Shown here in pieces: positions 20,856 through 30,451 of a stretch of DNA of 64,000 nucleotides. The translations under genes and the position numbers were made by a program. Origin of the DNA: Nitrosopumilaceae archaeon (GTDB lineage Archaea; Thermoproteota; Nitrososphaeria; Nitrososphaerales; Nitrosopumilaceae); contig OZ242274.1 of assembly GCA_965207375.1 (NCBI GenBank), forward strand, positions 416,001 to 480,000. The letters run 5' to 3'. How positions within the stretch are numbered: position 1 is the first letter of the stretch; every line of letters begins with the position of its first letter. The notes under the pieces were generated by a model. The model worked only from the letters and a program-made list of their open reading frames with translations, was not told the origin of the DNA and searched no databases.

Positions 20856-21995
20856 TTAAGATTCCAGATTGCCAATTTGGCGTTTAAACTCGTTCCAAGC
20901 AGGTTTGGCAGTGCCGTCTTCATTGATCAATCCGGCATTGCAAATGTAGCTTCCTAGTCGTGCAATTACATGTTCGCTTGTCCCAAGTGAAGAGCCTCCT
21001 ACTGCAATAGACTCGTCGCCCAACTTTATCACGGCGCCCTGATCAGAATCTGTATATGCACAGGTTCCATCAGGTTTGTCATATTGACGATACCACGTCA
21101 AAAATTCAATGTCGTCTTTGTTTTGGCTGTAAAACTCAAAGGTTTGCTCAACAAAGCTGTGTTGATCTGCCTCAGATCCGTTTACGAATCCAGACGTGCT
21201 CCAGCTGATCTCAAAAAAGGCAGCCTTTTTGTTTCCTGCCAACTGTAGTGCATATTGCAGATCTTGCCTTGCCTCATGGGGAGTCTTTGTTATATCATTT
21301 AACGAATCTGTCGGAAAGTATGTAAATCCTATAAAATCACCCACGTCAAGGGCAGTCACCACATGATCAAGGCCCTTGTTCAAAACACCATGCAACGAAT
21401 ATGTATTTGCAATTTGCACATCAGGATGCTTTTGCTTTAATTTTGTGTAAATGTTTTCAAACAATTCCCTGTATAGTACGATGTCTGATTCATTGTATCT
21501 AAAATATTCGTCAGTTTCTCCTGCAATTATCACAGTATCAACAATATGATAGCGTGTAAGAATCGCATCTAGTGTGTTTACTACCTGATCGTCACGTATA
21601 GAGTTCAAATCCTGATATGCTATCCAATCAGGAAATGGTCCCAGTGTTTGGCCGTTGATCAGAGAAAAATACAGTGTAACTTTGAGATTGTTGTTTTTGT
21701 TAAGACTCATCAAGATATCTGATTGTTTCCAATCAAATTTTCCCTGTACAGGCTCTATCAAATTCCAAAACACGTAGACATTGCTCCGTCCTATGCCTGC
21801 ATCAGATGCTTGCAAATAGATCTGCTGTACCTGTTCTAAATTGGCAGAGGCATTTGGGGAATTAATAACAAGACCGATTTTTTGATCGGCTAGTACGGTG
21901 TTAAGTGCATTGTTAAATGTTTGAAAGGTAAGTGCCATTGATGAAATAATGACTATAGCAATTATTATAATACCTGCAAGAACCTTTTTGTCCAT
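20856..21995 (-). CDS. Membrane-anchored glycoside hydrolase-like TIM-barrel protein
   Basis: N-terminal TM; FWNLIEPVQGKFDW, IAGETD, FFEISWS and GLINEDGTAKPAW resemble clan GH-A. Confidence 0.6.
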   Translation of the reverse strand: MDKKVLAGIIIIAIVIISSMALTFQTFNNALNTVLADQKIGLVINSPNASANLEQVQQIYLQASDAGIGRSNVYVFWNLIEPVQGKFDWKQSDILMSLNKNNNLKVTLYFSLINGQTLGPFPDWIAYQDLNSIRDDQVVNTLDAILTRYHIVDTVIIAGETDEYFRYNESDIVLYRELFENIYTKLKQKHPDVQIANTYSLHGVLNKGLDHVVTALDVGDFIGFTYFPTDSLNDITKTPHEARQDLQYALQLAGNKKAAFFEISWSTSGFVNGSEADQHSFVEQTFEFYSQNKDDIEFLTWYRQYDKPDGTCAYTDSDQGAVIKLGDESIAVGGSSLGTSEHVIARLGSYICNAGLINEDGTAKPAWNEFKRQIGNLES

Positions 21996-22038
21996 TTAGA
22001 AAACAAAAAGTAAAAGGGAGTAAAAAAGTTGTGATGTT

Positions 22039-24690
22039 TTATCCCGATGTGCATCCGCTGTATCCACAATCGATGCAAATGCTGCACCCTTCTACAAAGA
22101 CAAGATTGTTTTTGCATGTGGGACAGAGGTTTTCTTCTGGAACATCCTCTTTGACTGTTGGCTCATTTACAATTATCTCAGATGGGATTTTGAGGCGTAA
22201 TGCGTTGTCAACTTGAGAGCGAATATAGGAATTCTCAATGTTTTGGGTGACATATCGTGTAACATATGAGCTTGGAATTACATCAAAGGTCTTTGTTGCA
22301 TTATCACTAGTCATGTGAAGCACCTGTTTGTGACGTGAGCCGTCGCGGTACACAGTAATTCCCTTGAGGCCTAGCTCGTGTGCAAGCAGATATGAGGCCT
22401 TTACATCGTCAGCAGTTACATCATATGGCATGTTGATAGTTTTTGCAATTGCATTTCCAATCCAGCGTTGCCATACAGACTGAGCCATCAGGTGGTCAGC
22501 CCAATGAATATCCATTGCAGTAACAAACACATTGCGAATCCATTCTGGAATCTCCTGTAGGCCCTGAATGGAGCCATAGTTATCGGCAATCTTTTCTAAT
22601 AGCTCCTCGCTGTATAGTCCGGCATCACGCAAGACCTGCTCGAAAATCTTGTTTGTGTAAAAGAATCTTCCCACAGTGACGCGCTTTTCAAAGACGAGTG
22701 CAAATGTGGGTTCCATTCCATTGGTACAGTCTGCAATCATGGACAGGGTTCCAGTTGGAGCCACAGTTGTGGTCAGAACATTTCTGATTCCGTGTCTTTG
22801 GATTTTCTCAATTAATGCGTCCCAGTCAAAGGAGTGTTCCTCCTTTGGTTTTTCATAATATCCGGCAACAGGAATTTTGCCGTCGGGAAATTCGGTCCTT
22901 GCACAAAGCGGAAATTCGCCCCTTGATTTTGCTAGTGCGACACTTTCCTCCATGGAATAGTAGGTCAGTGCCTCTGATAGTTTTGCTTGTAGTTCGTATC
23001 CTTGTGGAGAATTGTAAGGAATTCTTAGCTTGTATAACAGGTCTGCTACTCCCATTACACCTAGTCCAATTCTTCTAGAATCTTTTGATGCTGTGTTTAT
23101 TTCTGTGACAGGATAATAATTTACATCAATGACGTTGTCTAAGAATCGGGTCGTCTTTCTGATTATTTCCTCATATCTTTGCCAATCAAACTCATATTCG
23201 CCGTCTGCCTTTCTCTTGACTAGATTTGCAAGGTTGATTGAGCCCAAGTTACAGGATTCGTACGGGTATAGACTTTGTTCCCCACACGGATTAGTTGCTC
23301 TCAGTGGGACGCCGCGGGCCTTTGCAAAGACATTATACTTGTTTATTTGATCAAAAAAGATCAAGCCAGGTTCTGCGCTCTTCCATGCAGACAATGCTAT
23401 TAGATCAATTAGCTGGTGTGCATTTGCCTCCTTTACAGGAGACATGTCACGTGCGCTTCTTAGCATGTATTTTCCATCTTCACTGTTTACAAGTGCATTC
23501 CAAAAGTCCTCCCAGATTCCAACGCTGACATTAAAGTTTTCCAAAACTCCAGGCTCTGTCTTGTTTGTGATGAATTTCTCAACGTCTGGATGCCAGGCCT
23601 CTATAATTCCCATGTTTGCTCCCCTTCGTTTGCCACCCTGCTTTACAACCTCAGTTACGGTATTGATAATATTCATAAAGGATACCGGACCTGATGCAAC
23701 ACCAGATGTTGATGCCACAATATCTCCTTCCTGTCTCAAATCAGAATAGTTGATTCCAACACCGCCGCCTGATTTGAAAATTAGTGCAGCATCAGAGGTT
23801 GATTTCATTATTTTTTCCATGTCGTCAGGCATATCCAATACAAAGCATGCAGAAAGTTGTCCCAAACGGCAGCCTGCATTCATCATTGTAGGTGAGTTTG
23901 GCAAAAAGTCCTGAGAAACCATCGTATCAAGGTATTCTGTAACTTTGTCTGCATATGCATCAAGTTTCTTTGCTGCAAGTAAAGTCAGCAACTGCTTGAA
24001 GCTGATCTTCATTTGTCCCATCTTTGCAAGATCGATATAATGATGGATCAGTGATCTGAAATGATATTTGTTCAGATAGTATTCTCCAATTTTGAATTTA
24101 TTGTCAAAGCTGTCTAGTTTTTCTAGATAGGAGCTTGCCTCTTCAATATTTTGTTCATAGTTTCCATCTTTTGCAAATATTTGCGAATCATACACCATGT
24201 CGCCTATACCTACAAGCAATGCGACACGCTCAAACATTTGAGTGGGGGTTTCAATAATTTCGTTTTTGTTGTTCCTTAAAAGGTATCTAGATGCTAAAAC
24301 ACGCAAACAGTTCAAATCAAATCGTTTTGAAACTGGATCTAGTAGTTTGGTGTTGAGGACCTTCATTTTCTGGTCACGTATCTTTCTTCTCTCATGACGA
24401 TACAAAATGTAGGATTTTGCGATATCGCTCATTCCACGATCAATCAGGGTGGATTCTACCATATCCTGAATATCCTCGACACTAGGAGGATGTGATGATG
24501 AAAATCCCTGTGAGTGTAATTTTGCGAGTACACCCTCGGTAAGTTGCTCTGCTAGTCCACGATCGGCTTCAGATGTGGCAGCTAATGCCTTAAAGATGGC
24601 ATTGGAAATTTTATCTTGATTAAAGGTGGTAACCTTTCCATTTCTCTTTCGGATCTCTCCGATAGAACTTTCTATTTGTGAATTATCCAT
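22039..24690 (-). CDS. nrdJ: Adenosylcobalamin-dependent (class II) ribonucleotide reductase with N-terminal ATP cone
   Basis: IRKRNG ATP cone; PNSPTMMNAG, LSACFV, GGKRRGANM, TNPCGEQ..ESCNLGS, APTGT, KGITVYRDGS; C-terminal CPTC/CIDCG. Confidence 0.96.
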   Translation of the reverse strand: MDNSQIESSIGEIRKRNGKVTTFNQDKISNAIFKALAATSEADRGLAEQLTEGVLAKLHSQGFSSSHPPSVEDIQDMVESTLIDRGMSDIAKSYILYRHERRKIRDQKMKVLNTKLLDPVSKRFDLNCLRVLASRYLLRNNKNEIIETPTQMFERVALLVGIGDMVYDSQIFAKDGNYEQNIEEASSYLEKLDSFDNKFKIGEYYLNKYHFRSLIHHYIDLAKMGQMKISFKQLLTLLAAKKLDAYADKVTEYLDTMVSQDFLPNSPTMMNAGCRLGQLSACFVLDMPDDMEKIMKSTSDAALIFKSGGGVGINYSDLRQEGDIVASTSGVASGPVSFMNIINTVTEVVKQGGKRRGANMGIIEAWHPDVEKFITNKTEPGVLENFNVSVGIWEDFWNALVNSEDGKYMLRSARDMSPVKEANAHQLIDLIALSAWKSAEPGLIFFDQINKYNVFAKARGVPLRATNPCGEQSLYPYESCNLGSINLANLVKRKADGEYEFDWQRYEEIIRKTTRFLDNVIDVNYYPVTEINTASKDSRRIGLGVMGVADLLYKLRIPYNSPQGYELQAKLSEALTYYSMEESVALAKSRGEFPLCARTEFPDGKIPVAGYYEKPKEEHSFDWDALIEKIQRHGIRNVLTTTVAPTGTLSMIADCTNGMEPTFALVFEKRVTVGRFFYTNKIFEQVLRDAGLYSEELLEKIADNYGSIQGLQEIPEWIRNVFVTAMDIHWADHLMAQSVWQRWIGNAIAKTINMPYDVTADDVKASYLLAHELGLKGITVYRDGSRHKQVLHMTSDNATKTFDVIPSSYVTRYVTQNIENSYIRSQVDNALRLKIPSEIIVNEPTVKEDVPEENLCPTCKNNLVFVEGCSICIDCGYSGCTSG

Positions 24691-25018
24691 TTAGTGATCT
24701 CCCGATAAGGTTAGAAAGTATGCTTTATTATTGTTTTAGGCAAATTTACGATCAGCTCTAGCTCAACTTTTTTTGTATCGGTATCATCAATTTCATAACA
24801 GTCCAGAGGCATAATTCGTAATTAGATCGGGGTACGGACTTTTGCTCTTGTAAGGCGTGGTTTTCTAATTATGAATCATCTCTCGGTTTTACACCAATAA
24901 CGAAAATCGTATTAGCCGGTTGGGATCTCGTGTTGGGGGGTTTTGATGATTTGTATGAATTCATGGGATACGAGGGATACAAGAAGCAATTGCTAATTGG
25001 GTGGTGCTGTGACGAATT

Positions 25019-27103
25019 TCAGAGAATATATGAGGATTTGCAGTTAAGACACTTGTCAACTAGCTTTTCGTCTTTGAATCCACACTCGCCACATATTGGT
25101 ACCTGCTTGATCGGGGTAAAGGATGGCATAAGTTTTGCCAATTTTTCAATGGTTTCTTTAATATCTACTACAGGTGTGTTTTTGGCTAGTTTTACCTGTA
25201 TTGTGAGGCCACCGTTGAGGGCCTTGCTCAACTTGTTACATCGAGTAACTTCCTCGCTGTGACTAGTCATGACATTAATTCGTGATGCCTCAAAATCAAT
25301 TCCTTGGGAATAAGAGTCCGAGTCATTCTCGCTTAATGCAGAGTTTTTGCCGTATTTGTCACCATCGAGTGTGGCAAATCTAGTTGCACTCTCACTTGTA
25401 ATCATTGATATTTTTATTTCGTCTCCCATCTCTTTGCCTTTTTTTGTTGCAACATCTACTGCGGTTTCAATTACTTTGTACATAATGTCGCGTCCTTCCT
25501 TATCGTTTTGGTATCCAAGTATGTTAAAAACGGCCTCTTTGAGACCTACCATATTCACAATCAAAGATGCGGAGCTTTTCTGCATGTATTGGGTATTTTT
25601 GGCCAAAACAGGATTTAGACCGCGTCTAGTCAAATCAGATATGTGTTTTTTTCTCAACGCCATAGAGGCTAGTGCAGGCTTTAGCAACAATGCTAGTCTT
25701 GCTCTAAAGTATGTCTCATCTTTGTTTGATTCAAATGCAAGTCGTGGCAGGTTAATTGAGATGGATTGTAATTTGATTGAAGAAGATGGCTTTGATGAAT
25801 TGGTAATTCCTTTGCAGGACATTTGTCGTTTTCCAAATGTTACAATACCTCCCAGATTAATTATATTGGCAAGTGTTGCAGACACATCATATATCTTGCC
25901 TTTGTCATGATCTATAATCAATCCGATCTTTGGCATCGGGGTAATTTTTACATAATTATTATACGCATTTAGAATTGCGCCAATAGTTTTTGTGTCACTT
26001 CCCAATTGCAGTCTAAATGAAACAATCGTTGCAGGTTTGTGATATTTTGATGTAGTGGATGCAGTAGCAAATGAGTTTGCTAATTTGTTTTCTAATTCGG
26101 GGATATTTTTTGCATGTTTGGAAAATAGCTGCTGCAATCCATCAACAACTACTTCTTGGGATGCTTCTTTGGCAATTAATGAGATTGCAATGGACAGAGA
26201 GGTTGTAAGGTCATCCAAAGTCTTAGTTGAGCTGATTCGTGAAACATCGAGATATTTTCCGCCCAATTGAATCCCGTCTTCAAGTAGTTCTTTTGCACTG
26301 AGAAAAATTGTATCAGGTAATAATGACCAGAGACCAGAGTTTGCAATGTGCAAGTCGCCAGACAGGTGAGAGTCTGCAATGTCTTTTGGCAGCGTATTAA
26401 CCAAAAGATGCTCGTTGAATATTGTCTGACCCGTTTTGAAAAGCAGTCCTTCTGTGCCATTGTCCACGCTGTCCACATTTGATATCATTTCTTGCACGTC
26501 AAAGGCAGGCATACCTAGTCGTGCAAGTTTATTTCGGTACTCTTCATGACCATGCTCAAGCAACACAGAGTTTACTATTTCACGAATCAGAGAGCCTGTA
26601 AGATATGTTGTTTGGTATTTGTAAATTCTGTTTTCTACCTCTTCTGTAATTTTTTGTGCTAGTTCTAGTGGGAGATTGCCTTCTCTTACAAGTGATTGAA
26701 TAATTTTATGTGAGTTAAACTCTTCGATTGTTTCATTTGAGGATCTGACATACATTTTTCCACTTTCAATGATGGAGCGTTCCTCGACCTGTCTGGCAAG
26801 ACTTAGAACAAGTTTTCCAAGATTTGTAATTGTGTATCTTCTTTCGGATTTGTTAAGTGAAACAAGTGATTGCCTTAGTAACTTTCGCAAGTGGTATGCA
26901 AATTTTCCACTCTCTTTTTTAGATTTGAATCCTGCAAGTGACTTTAGTTCAGAATAAGTCAGGGGACCTTTGGAATTTAAAATTCTTAAAATATCTATTC
27001 TGTTGGGGCTTGCCATCACAGAGAAGATCATCCTGACACGTTTTGATGTAGACTGGAGTATGCTACCTCTCTTAGGCTCCGCTAGCCCCTCACTCAGTTC
27101 CAT
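25019..27103 (-). CDS. ArsR-like wHTH + ATP cone + class III RNR (NrdD)-like protein lacking the glycyl-radical motif
   Basis: SPNRIDILRIL..LTYSEL..GKFAYHLRKL (wHTH); VRSSNETIEEFNSHKIIQSL (ATP cone); HLSGDLHI, SINLPRLA, ESATRFATLD and NGG (NrdD); ends at the CGECG..CLNC Zn ribbon. Confidence 0.85.
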   Translation of the reverse strand: MELSEGLAEPKRGSILQSTSKRVRMIFSVMASPNRIDILRILNSKGPLTYSELKSLAGFKSKKESGKFAYHLRKLLRQSLVSLNKSERRYTITNLGKLVLSLARQVEERSIIESGKMYVRSSNETIEEFNSHKIIQSLVREGNLPLELAQKITEEVENRIYKYQTTYLTGSLIREIVNSVLLEHGHEEYRNKLARLGMPAFDVQEMISNVDSVDNGTEGLLFKTGQTIFNEHLLVNTLPKDIADSHLSGDLHIANSGLWSLLPDTIFLSAKELLEDGIQLGGKYLDVSRISSTKTLDDLTTSLSIAISLIAKEASQEVVVDGLQQLFSKHAKNIPELENKLANSFATASTTSKYHKPATIVSFRLQLGSDTKTIGAILNAYNNYVKITPMPKIGLIIDHDKGKIYDVSATLANIINLGGIVTFGKRQMSCKGITNSSKPSSSIKLQSISINLPRLAFESNKDETYFRARLALLLKPALASMALRKKHISDLTRRGLNPVLAKNTQYMQKSSASLIVNMVGLKEAVFNILGYQNDKEGRDIMYKVIETAVDVATKKGKEMGDEIKISMITSESATRFATLDGDKYGKNSALSENDSDSYSQGIDFEASRINVMTSHSEEVTRCNKLSKALNGGLTIQVKLAKNTPVVDIKETIEKLAKLMPSFTPIKQVPICGECGFKDEKLVDKCLNCKSSYIL

Positions 27104-27151
27104 GCCTAAACTAAAAAATAGCACTAAATAAGATTTGTGAATTGTCTTAGA

Positions 27152-27313
27152 TTAGTTTTCTTGAACATCAAATGAAAACTCTGATGTCGACAGGGTTTGT
27201 CCACATGATGGACATTTGCCATTGTAATGATTCATCACATCTTTTAATGACTTTAACATTTTCATGTTGGTGATCTTTTCTCCACACTTGCCACATGTAA
27301 TTTCTACTGACAT
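27152..27313 (-). CDS. Small zinc-ribbon protein (53 aa; not in the ORF track)
   Basis: MSVEITCGKCGEKITNMKMLKSLKDVMNHYNGKCPSCGQTLSTSEFSFDVQEN; two CxxC pairs. Confidence 0.8.
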   Translation of the reverse strand: MSVEITCGKCGEKITNMKMLKSLKDVMNHYNGKCPSCGQTLSTSEFSFDVQEN

Positions 27314-27383
27314 AAAATAAGATCCAAAGTTGGAATATTAAAAAGTCTGTTTTGAATTTTTTTAATAATTACAATAAATTATT

Positions 27384-27749
27384 TTACTGTTTTTGTACAA
27401 TAATGCCCCGCTCATCAAAACCGGTAACTTTGGCCCTAGTCCCTACAGGAAGGTCATCTGGGGTGCCAATACCTGCCATAAAACCAGATACTCTAAGCTC
27501 AGAGTCATCTAAGGCAAGCACAACCCAAGCATAGGGGGTGTATTTCTCAAAGCCGGAAGGTGGCACCGTAATTATAGTATACGTTGCAATGTGACCCTTG
27601 CCCTCCAAAATATGGTCCTCAAATCCCTTACTGCCGCAATTTTTACAAAAATAAACGGTTGAAAGATGTAATTCTTTACATTTTGTGCATTTTCTAGTCA
27701 ATATTTTACCGTCTTTGGCATTCTCAACGAACTCTTGTTTTGCAGACAT
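27384..27749 (-). CDS. DUF35 Zn-ribbon/OB-fold protein (thiolase partner)
   Basis: CTKC..CKNC, GHIATYTII..P.GF...PY; directly downstream of the thiolase. Confidence 0.9.
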   Translation of the reverse strand: MSAKQEFVENAKDGKILTRKCTKCKELHLSTVYFCKNCGSKGFEDHILEGKGHIATYTIITVPPSGFEKYTPYAWVVLALDDSELRVSGFMAGIGTPDDLPVGTRAKVTGFDERGIIVQKQ

Positions 27750-27751
27750 TT

Positions 27752-28906
27752 CTATACGCTTTGGAAAATATGTACGGCACAGCTTGCACCTGTTGCGCCA
27801 AAGTTATGAGTCAGTCCTATATGTGCGTCTTTTACCGTTCTTTGACCGGCATTGCCAGTTAGTTGGTCAAATACCTCGACTACTTGACCTACGCCGGTAG
27901 CACCAATTGGATGTCCTTTGGATTTTAATCCCCCAGATGGGTTAATTGATATTTCTGAATTTAGTTTTGTTCTGCCTTGACTTGCTGCTTTTGCGCCCTC
28001 TCCCTTTTTGAAAAATCCCAAATCTTCGGTGTCAACTACCTCTGCAATTGTAAAGCAGTCATGCACCTCGGCAAAGTCGACATCCTTTGCTGTGATTCCT
28101 GCCATTTTGTATGCAGAATCTGCTGCGATTTTAGTACTGGGTATGGTAGTCAGATGTTCTCTGCCCTGTAGTGCAGCAGGTGATCCTCCTCTACCAGAAC
28201 CAGTTACCCGGATATAGTCTTTAGAGTGTGATTTGGCAAATTTTTCATTACATAAAATTACTGAACTTGCACCATCTGAAAATGGACAACAGTCATAAAG
28301 TTTTAACGGACTTGCAACAACTGGTGAATTTAATACGTCATCAACTGAAATTTTCTTTCTCAGGTGGGCCTTTGGATTTAAAACTCCGTTTTCATGGTTT
28401 TTTACTGCAACGTTTGCAAAATCCTCCTCGGTGGTTTTAAATTCTGTCAGATATGCTCGTGCCATCGATGCAAACAGTCCCGGAAATGATGCGCCTGCCT
28501 GACCCTCATAAAAGAAATCAGAACAGTATGAAAAGTAGGTCGTAGTCCATTCGGTACCTGTATGGGTTACCTTTTCTACGCCGGTGACTAAAACCGCATC
28601 ATAAAATCCTGCTGCCACATTTGCAAATGCCTCCCTAAACGATACAGAGCCGCTGCCACAGGCAGATTCTATAGTTAATGACGGTTTTTCAGAAATGCCT
28701 AGATTACTCATAACTACAGGTCCAAGATGTACCTGCTTGTCTGCAATACCAAAGACGTTTGAGATGTATCCTGCGCCTATTTCTTTGGGATCTATTTGCG
28801 CACTCTCAATTGCATCCATGGATGCCTGAACAGTGATATCTGAAATACTATCTTCTAATTTACCATATTTTGTGCTGCCCGCACCAAGAACGCAAACGCT
28901 TTCCAC
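27752..28906 (-). CDS. Thiolase (acetyl-CoA C-acetyltransferase / acetoacetyl-CoA thiolase)
   Basis: IESACGSG, DCCPFSDGA, AEVHDCFT and NPSGGLKSKGHPIGATG. Confidence 0.93.
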   Translation of the reverse strand: MESVCVLGAGSTKYGKLEDSISDITVQASMDAIESAQIDPKEIGAGYISNVFGIADKQVHLGPVVMSNLGISEKPSLTIESACGSGSVSFREAFANVAAGFYDAVLVTGVEKVTHTGTEWTTTYFSYCSDFFYEGQAGASFPGLFASMARAYLTEFKTTEEDFANVAVKNHENGVLNPKAHLRKKISVDDVLNSPVVASPLKLYDCCPFSDGASSVILCNEKFAKSHSKDYIRVTGSGRGGSPAALQGREHLTTIPSTKIAADSAYKMAGITAKDVDFAEVHDCFTIAEVVDTEDLGFFKKGEGAKAASQGRTKLNSEISINPSGGLKSKGHPIGATGVGQVVEVFDQLTGNAGQRTVKDAHIGLTHNFGATGASCAVHIFQSV

Positions 28907-28959
28907 AAATGTTGTTGACCAAGATCCCTATAAAAATTCTTCAAAAAGACAATGAAAAT

Positions 28960-29406
28960 ATGGTAGAAGGTTCTAAAAAAACAATGCAGGTCACAGGGTC
29001 AAAATCAAGACATGTCGTAAAGGCTACAAAATCCAATGCAAAAAACCTCAAAGAGGAGATCATACAGTATTTTGATTCTAACGGGTACCTGTCCTGGTCT
29101 GCCAAAAAAAGAAAGTACCAGATTTTGGGTACCAATGCCCCAAAGGACGGATTGGTACAGTGTCCGGAATGTAAAATTGGACAGTTGATAGTGATAAGAT
29201 CGCCTGCAACAAAAAAACGGTTCGTGGGGTGTTCAAATTATCATAACGGATGCAAGGCATCATCTCCGCTATTGCAAAAGGCGATGCTCAAGGTGACAAA
29301 GAGTACATGCAAGCATTGTTTGTGGCCTATAGTGGTATTTAGATACTCTAGAAAACAGTCCTGGACCAAACAGTGTTGCAACATACAGTGTAAACAAAAG
29401 GTCTAG
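28960..29406 (+). CDS. Protein with topoisomerase-type C4 zinc ribbons
   Basis: CPECKIGQL..RS...RFVGCSNY..C and CKHC...CCNIQC. Confidence 0.8.
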   Translation: MVEGSKKTMQVTGSKSRHVVKATKSNAKNLKEEIIQYFDSNGYLSWSAKKRKYQILGTNAPKDGLVQCPECKIGQLIVIRSPATKKRFVGCSNYHNGCKASSPLLQKAMLKVTKSTCKHCLWPIVVFRYSRKQSWTKQCCNIQCKQKV

Positions 29407-30215
29407 CTTGCGATACGATAAAGGTCGGTCCTGCGATTTTTTAATAATGGTAGTGCCCGGCGGGCTCTTTTGACTAGAGTGTCTGATATCTCTACAATTT
29501 GCATGCCCTGTTTTTTTTTCATGTCTAGCAGAACCCGTCCAAACGGATCAACTACTATGCTTCGTCCGCAGTAAATATTTCCAACCTGATCGGGGGATAC
29601 GATATAGCATCCATTTTCGATTGCACGTGTTTTGTTAATTGCAAGCCAGTGTTGTTCTTTGAGTTCACCCTGTACCCAGGCAGAGGGGGCAACTAAAATT
29701 TCTGTACCTGCAGAAGCCAGCATTCTAGACATTTCAGGAAAGCGCAGGTCATAACATATCATCATTCCAATTTTGCCGATCTTGGATCGTTGCGGTTTTG
29801 GAAGCTGCATGCCAGGGGCCAGTTTTTTTGATTCTCTGAATCCTAATGCGTCATAAAGGTGGGTTTTTCTGTATTTTGAGATCAGTTTGCCTGATGAATC
29901 GATAAAAAACGAAGTGTCATAAACTCGATTTTTGGTTTTACTTTTCTCATAAAATGTTCCTATAACCTCAATAGAGTTTTGTCTTGCAGCATCTGCAATT
30001 GTTTTTACAAAATTTCCGGTGATATATTCAGACAGACCGGCCAACTGCATAGCAGATTGGCTGGAAGGAGTATAAAACATCATAAACTCTGGAAAGGTGC
30101 AAAGCGTGGCTCTTTTTTTTGATGCACTTTTGATATAGCCGATTATTTTCTTTAGATTGGTCTCCTTATTTGTGGAGGCTTGCAATTGGACTAGGGCAAC
30201 TTTTTTCACAGTCAA
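29403..30215 (-). CDS. Carbon-nitrogen hydrolase (nitrilase superfamily, Nit1/Nit2-like)
   Basis: FPE, YRKTHLYD and ICYDLRFPE (E-K-C triad); RAIEN. Confidence 0.92.
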   Translation of the reverse strand: MTVKKVALVQLQASTNKETNLKKIIGYIKSASKKRATLCTFPEFMMFYTPSSQSAMQLAGLSEYITGNFVKTIADAARQNSIEVIGTFYEKSKTKNRVYDTSFFIDSSGKLISKYRKTHLYDALGFRESKKLAPGMQLPKPQRSKIGKIGMMICYDLRFPEMSRMLASAGTEILVAPSAWVQGELKEQHWLAINKTRAIENGCYIVSPDQVGNIYCGRSIVVDPFGRVLLDMKKKQGMQIVEISDTLVKRARRALPLLKNRRTDLYRIAS

Positions 30216-30239
30216 TGCATAGACGTAAAAAATAAAAGA

Positions 30240-30416
30240 TTAAAGTTGTTTGCCTGCCAAAAACCAGTTTTGCTTTGGATTTTCGTCATATACAACTATG
30301 ACGTGTTCTTGTTTTGTTTTGAGGATCTCGACTGCTGATTTTGTGATCTCCTTTGCGTAATCGTCTTTTTGTTGCTGGGTTCTTCCAGGATACATTGACA
30401 CCGTAATTAGTGGCAT
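30240..30416 (-). CDS. 4-oxalocrotonate tautomerase family protein
   Basis: MPLITVSMYPGRT..QK (catalytic Pro1)...NWFLAGK. Confidence 0.88.
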   Translation of the reverse strand: MPLITVSMYPGRTQQQKDDYAKEITKSAVEILKTKQEHVIVVYDENPKQNWFLAGKQL

Positions 30417-30451
30417 GCATGGATGTAGAGACGCGGTCAATTTATTTTAAA

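Noticed and set aside
22039-24690. Intein in nrdJ (also checked atpA)
   Set aside because: Lengths are normal and no intein splice-junction or LAGLIDADG motifs were seen
24930-25262. 110-aa + strand ORF
   Set aside because: Mostly antisense to the HTH-NrdD-like gene with no protein-like features. The many other short antisense ORFs in the track were rejected for the same reason.
25019-27103. Functional anaerobic (class III) ribonucleotide reductase
   Set aside because: The glycyl-radical motif is absent and no activase is nearby; reported instead as a probable pseudo-enzyme regulator
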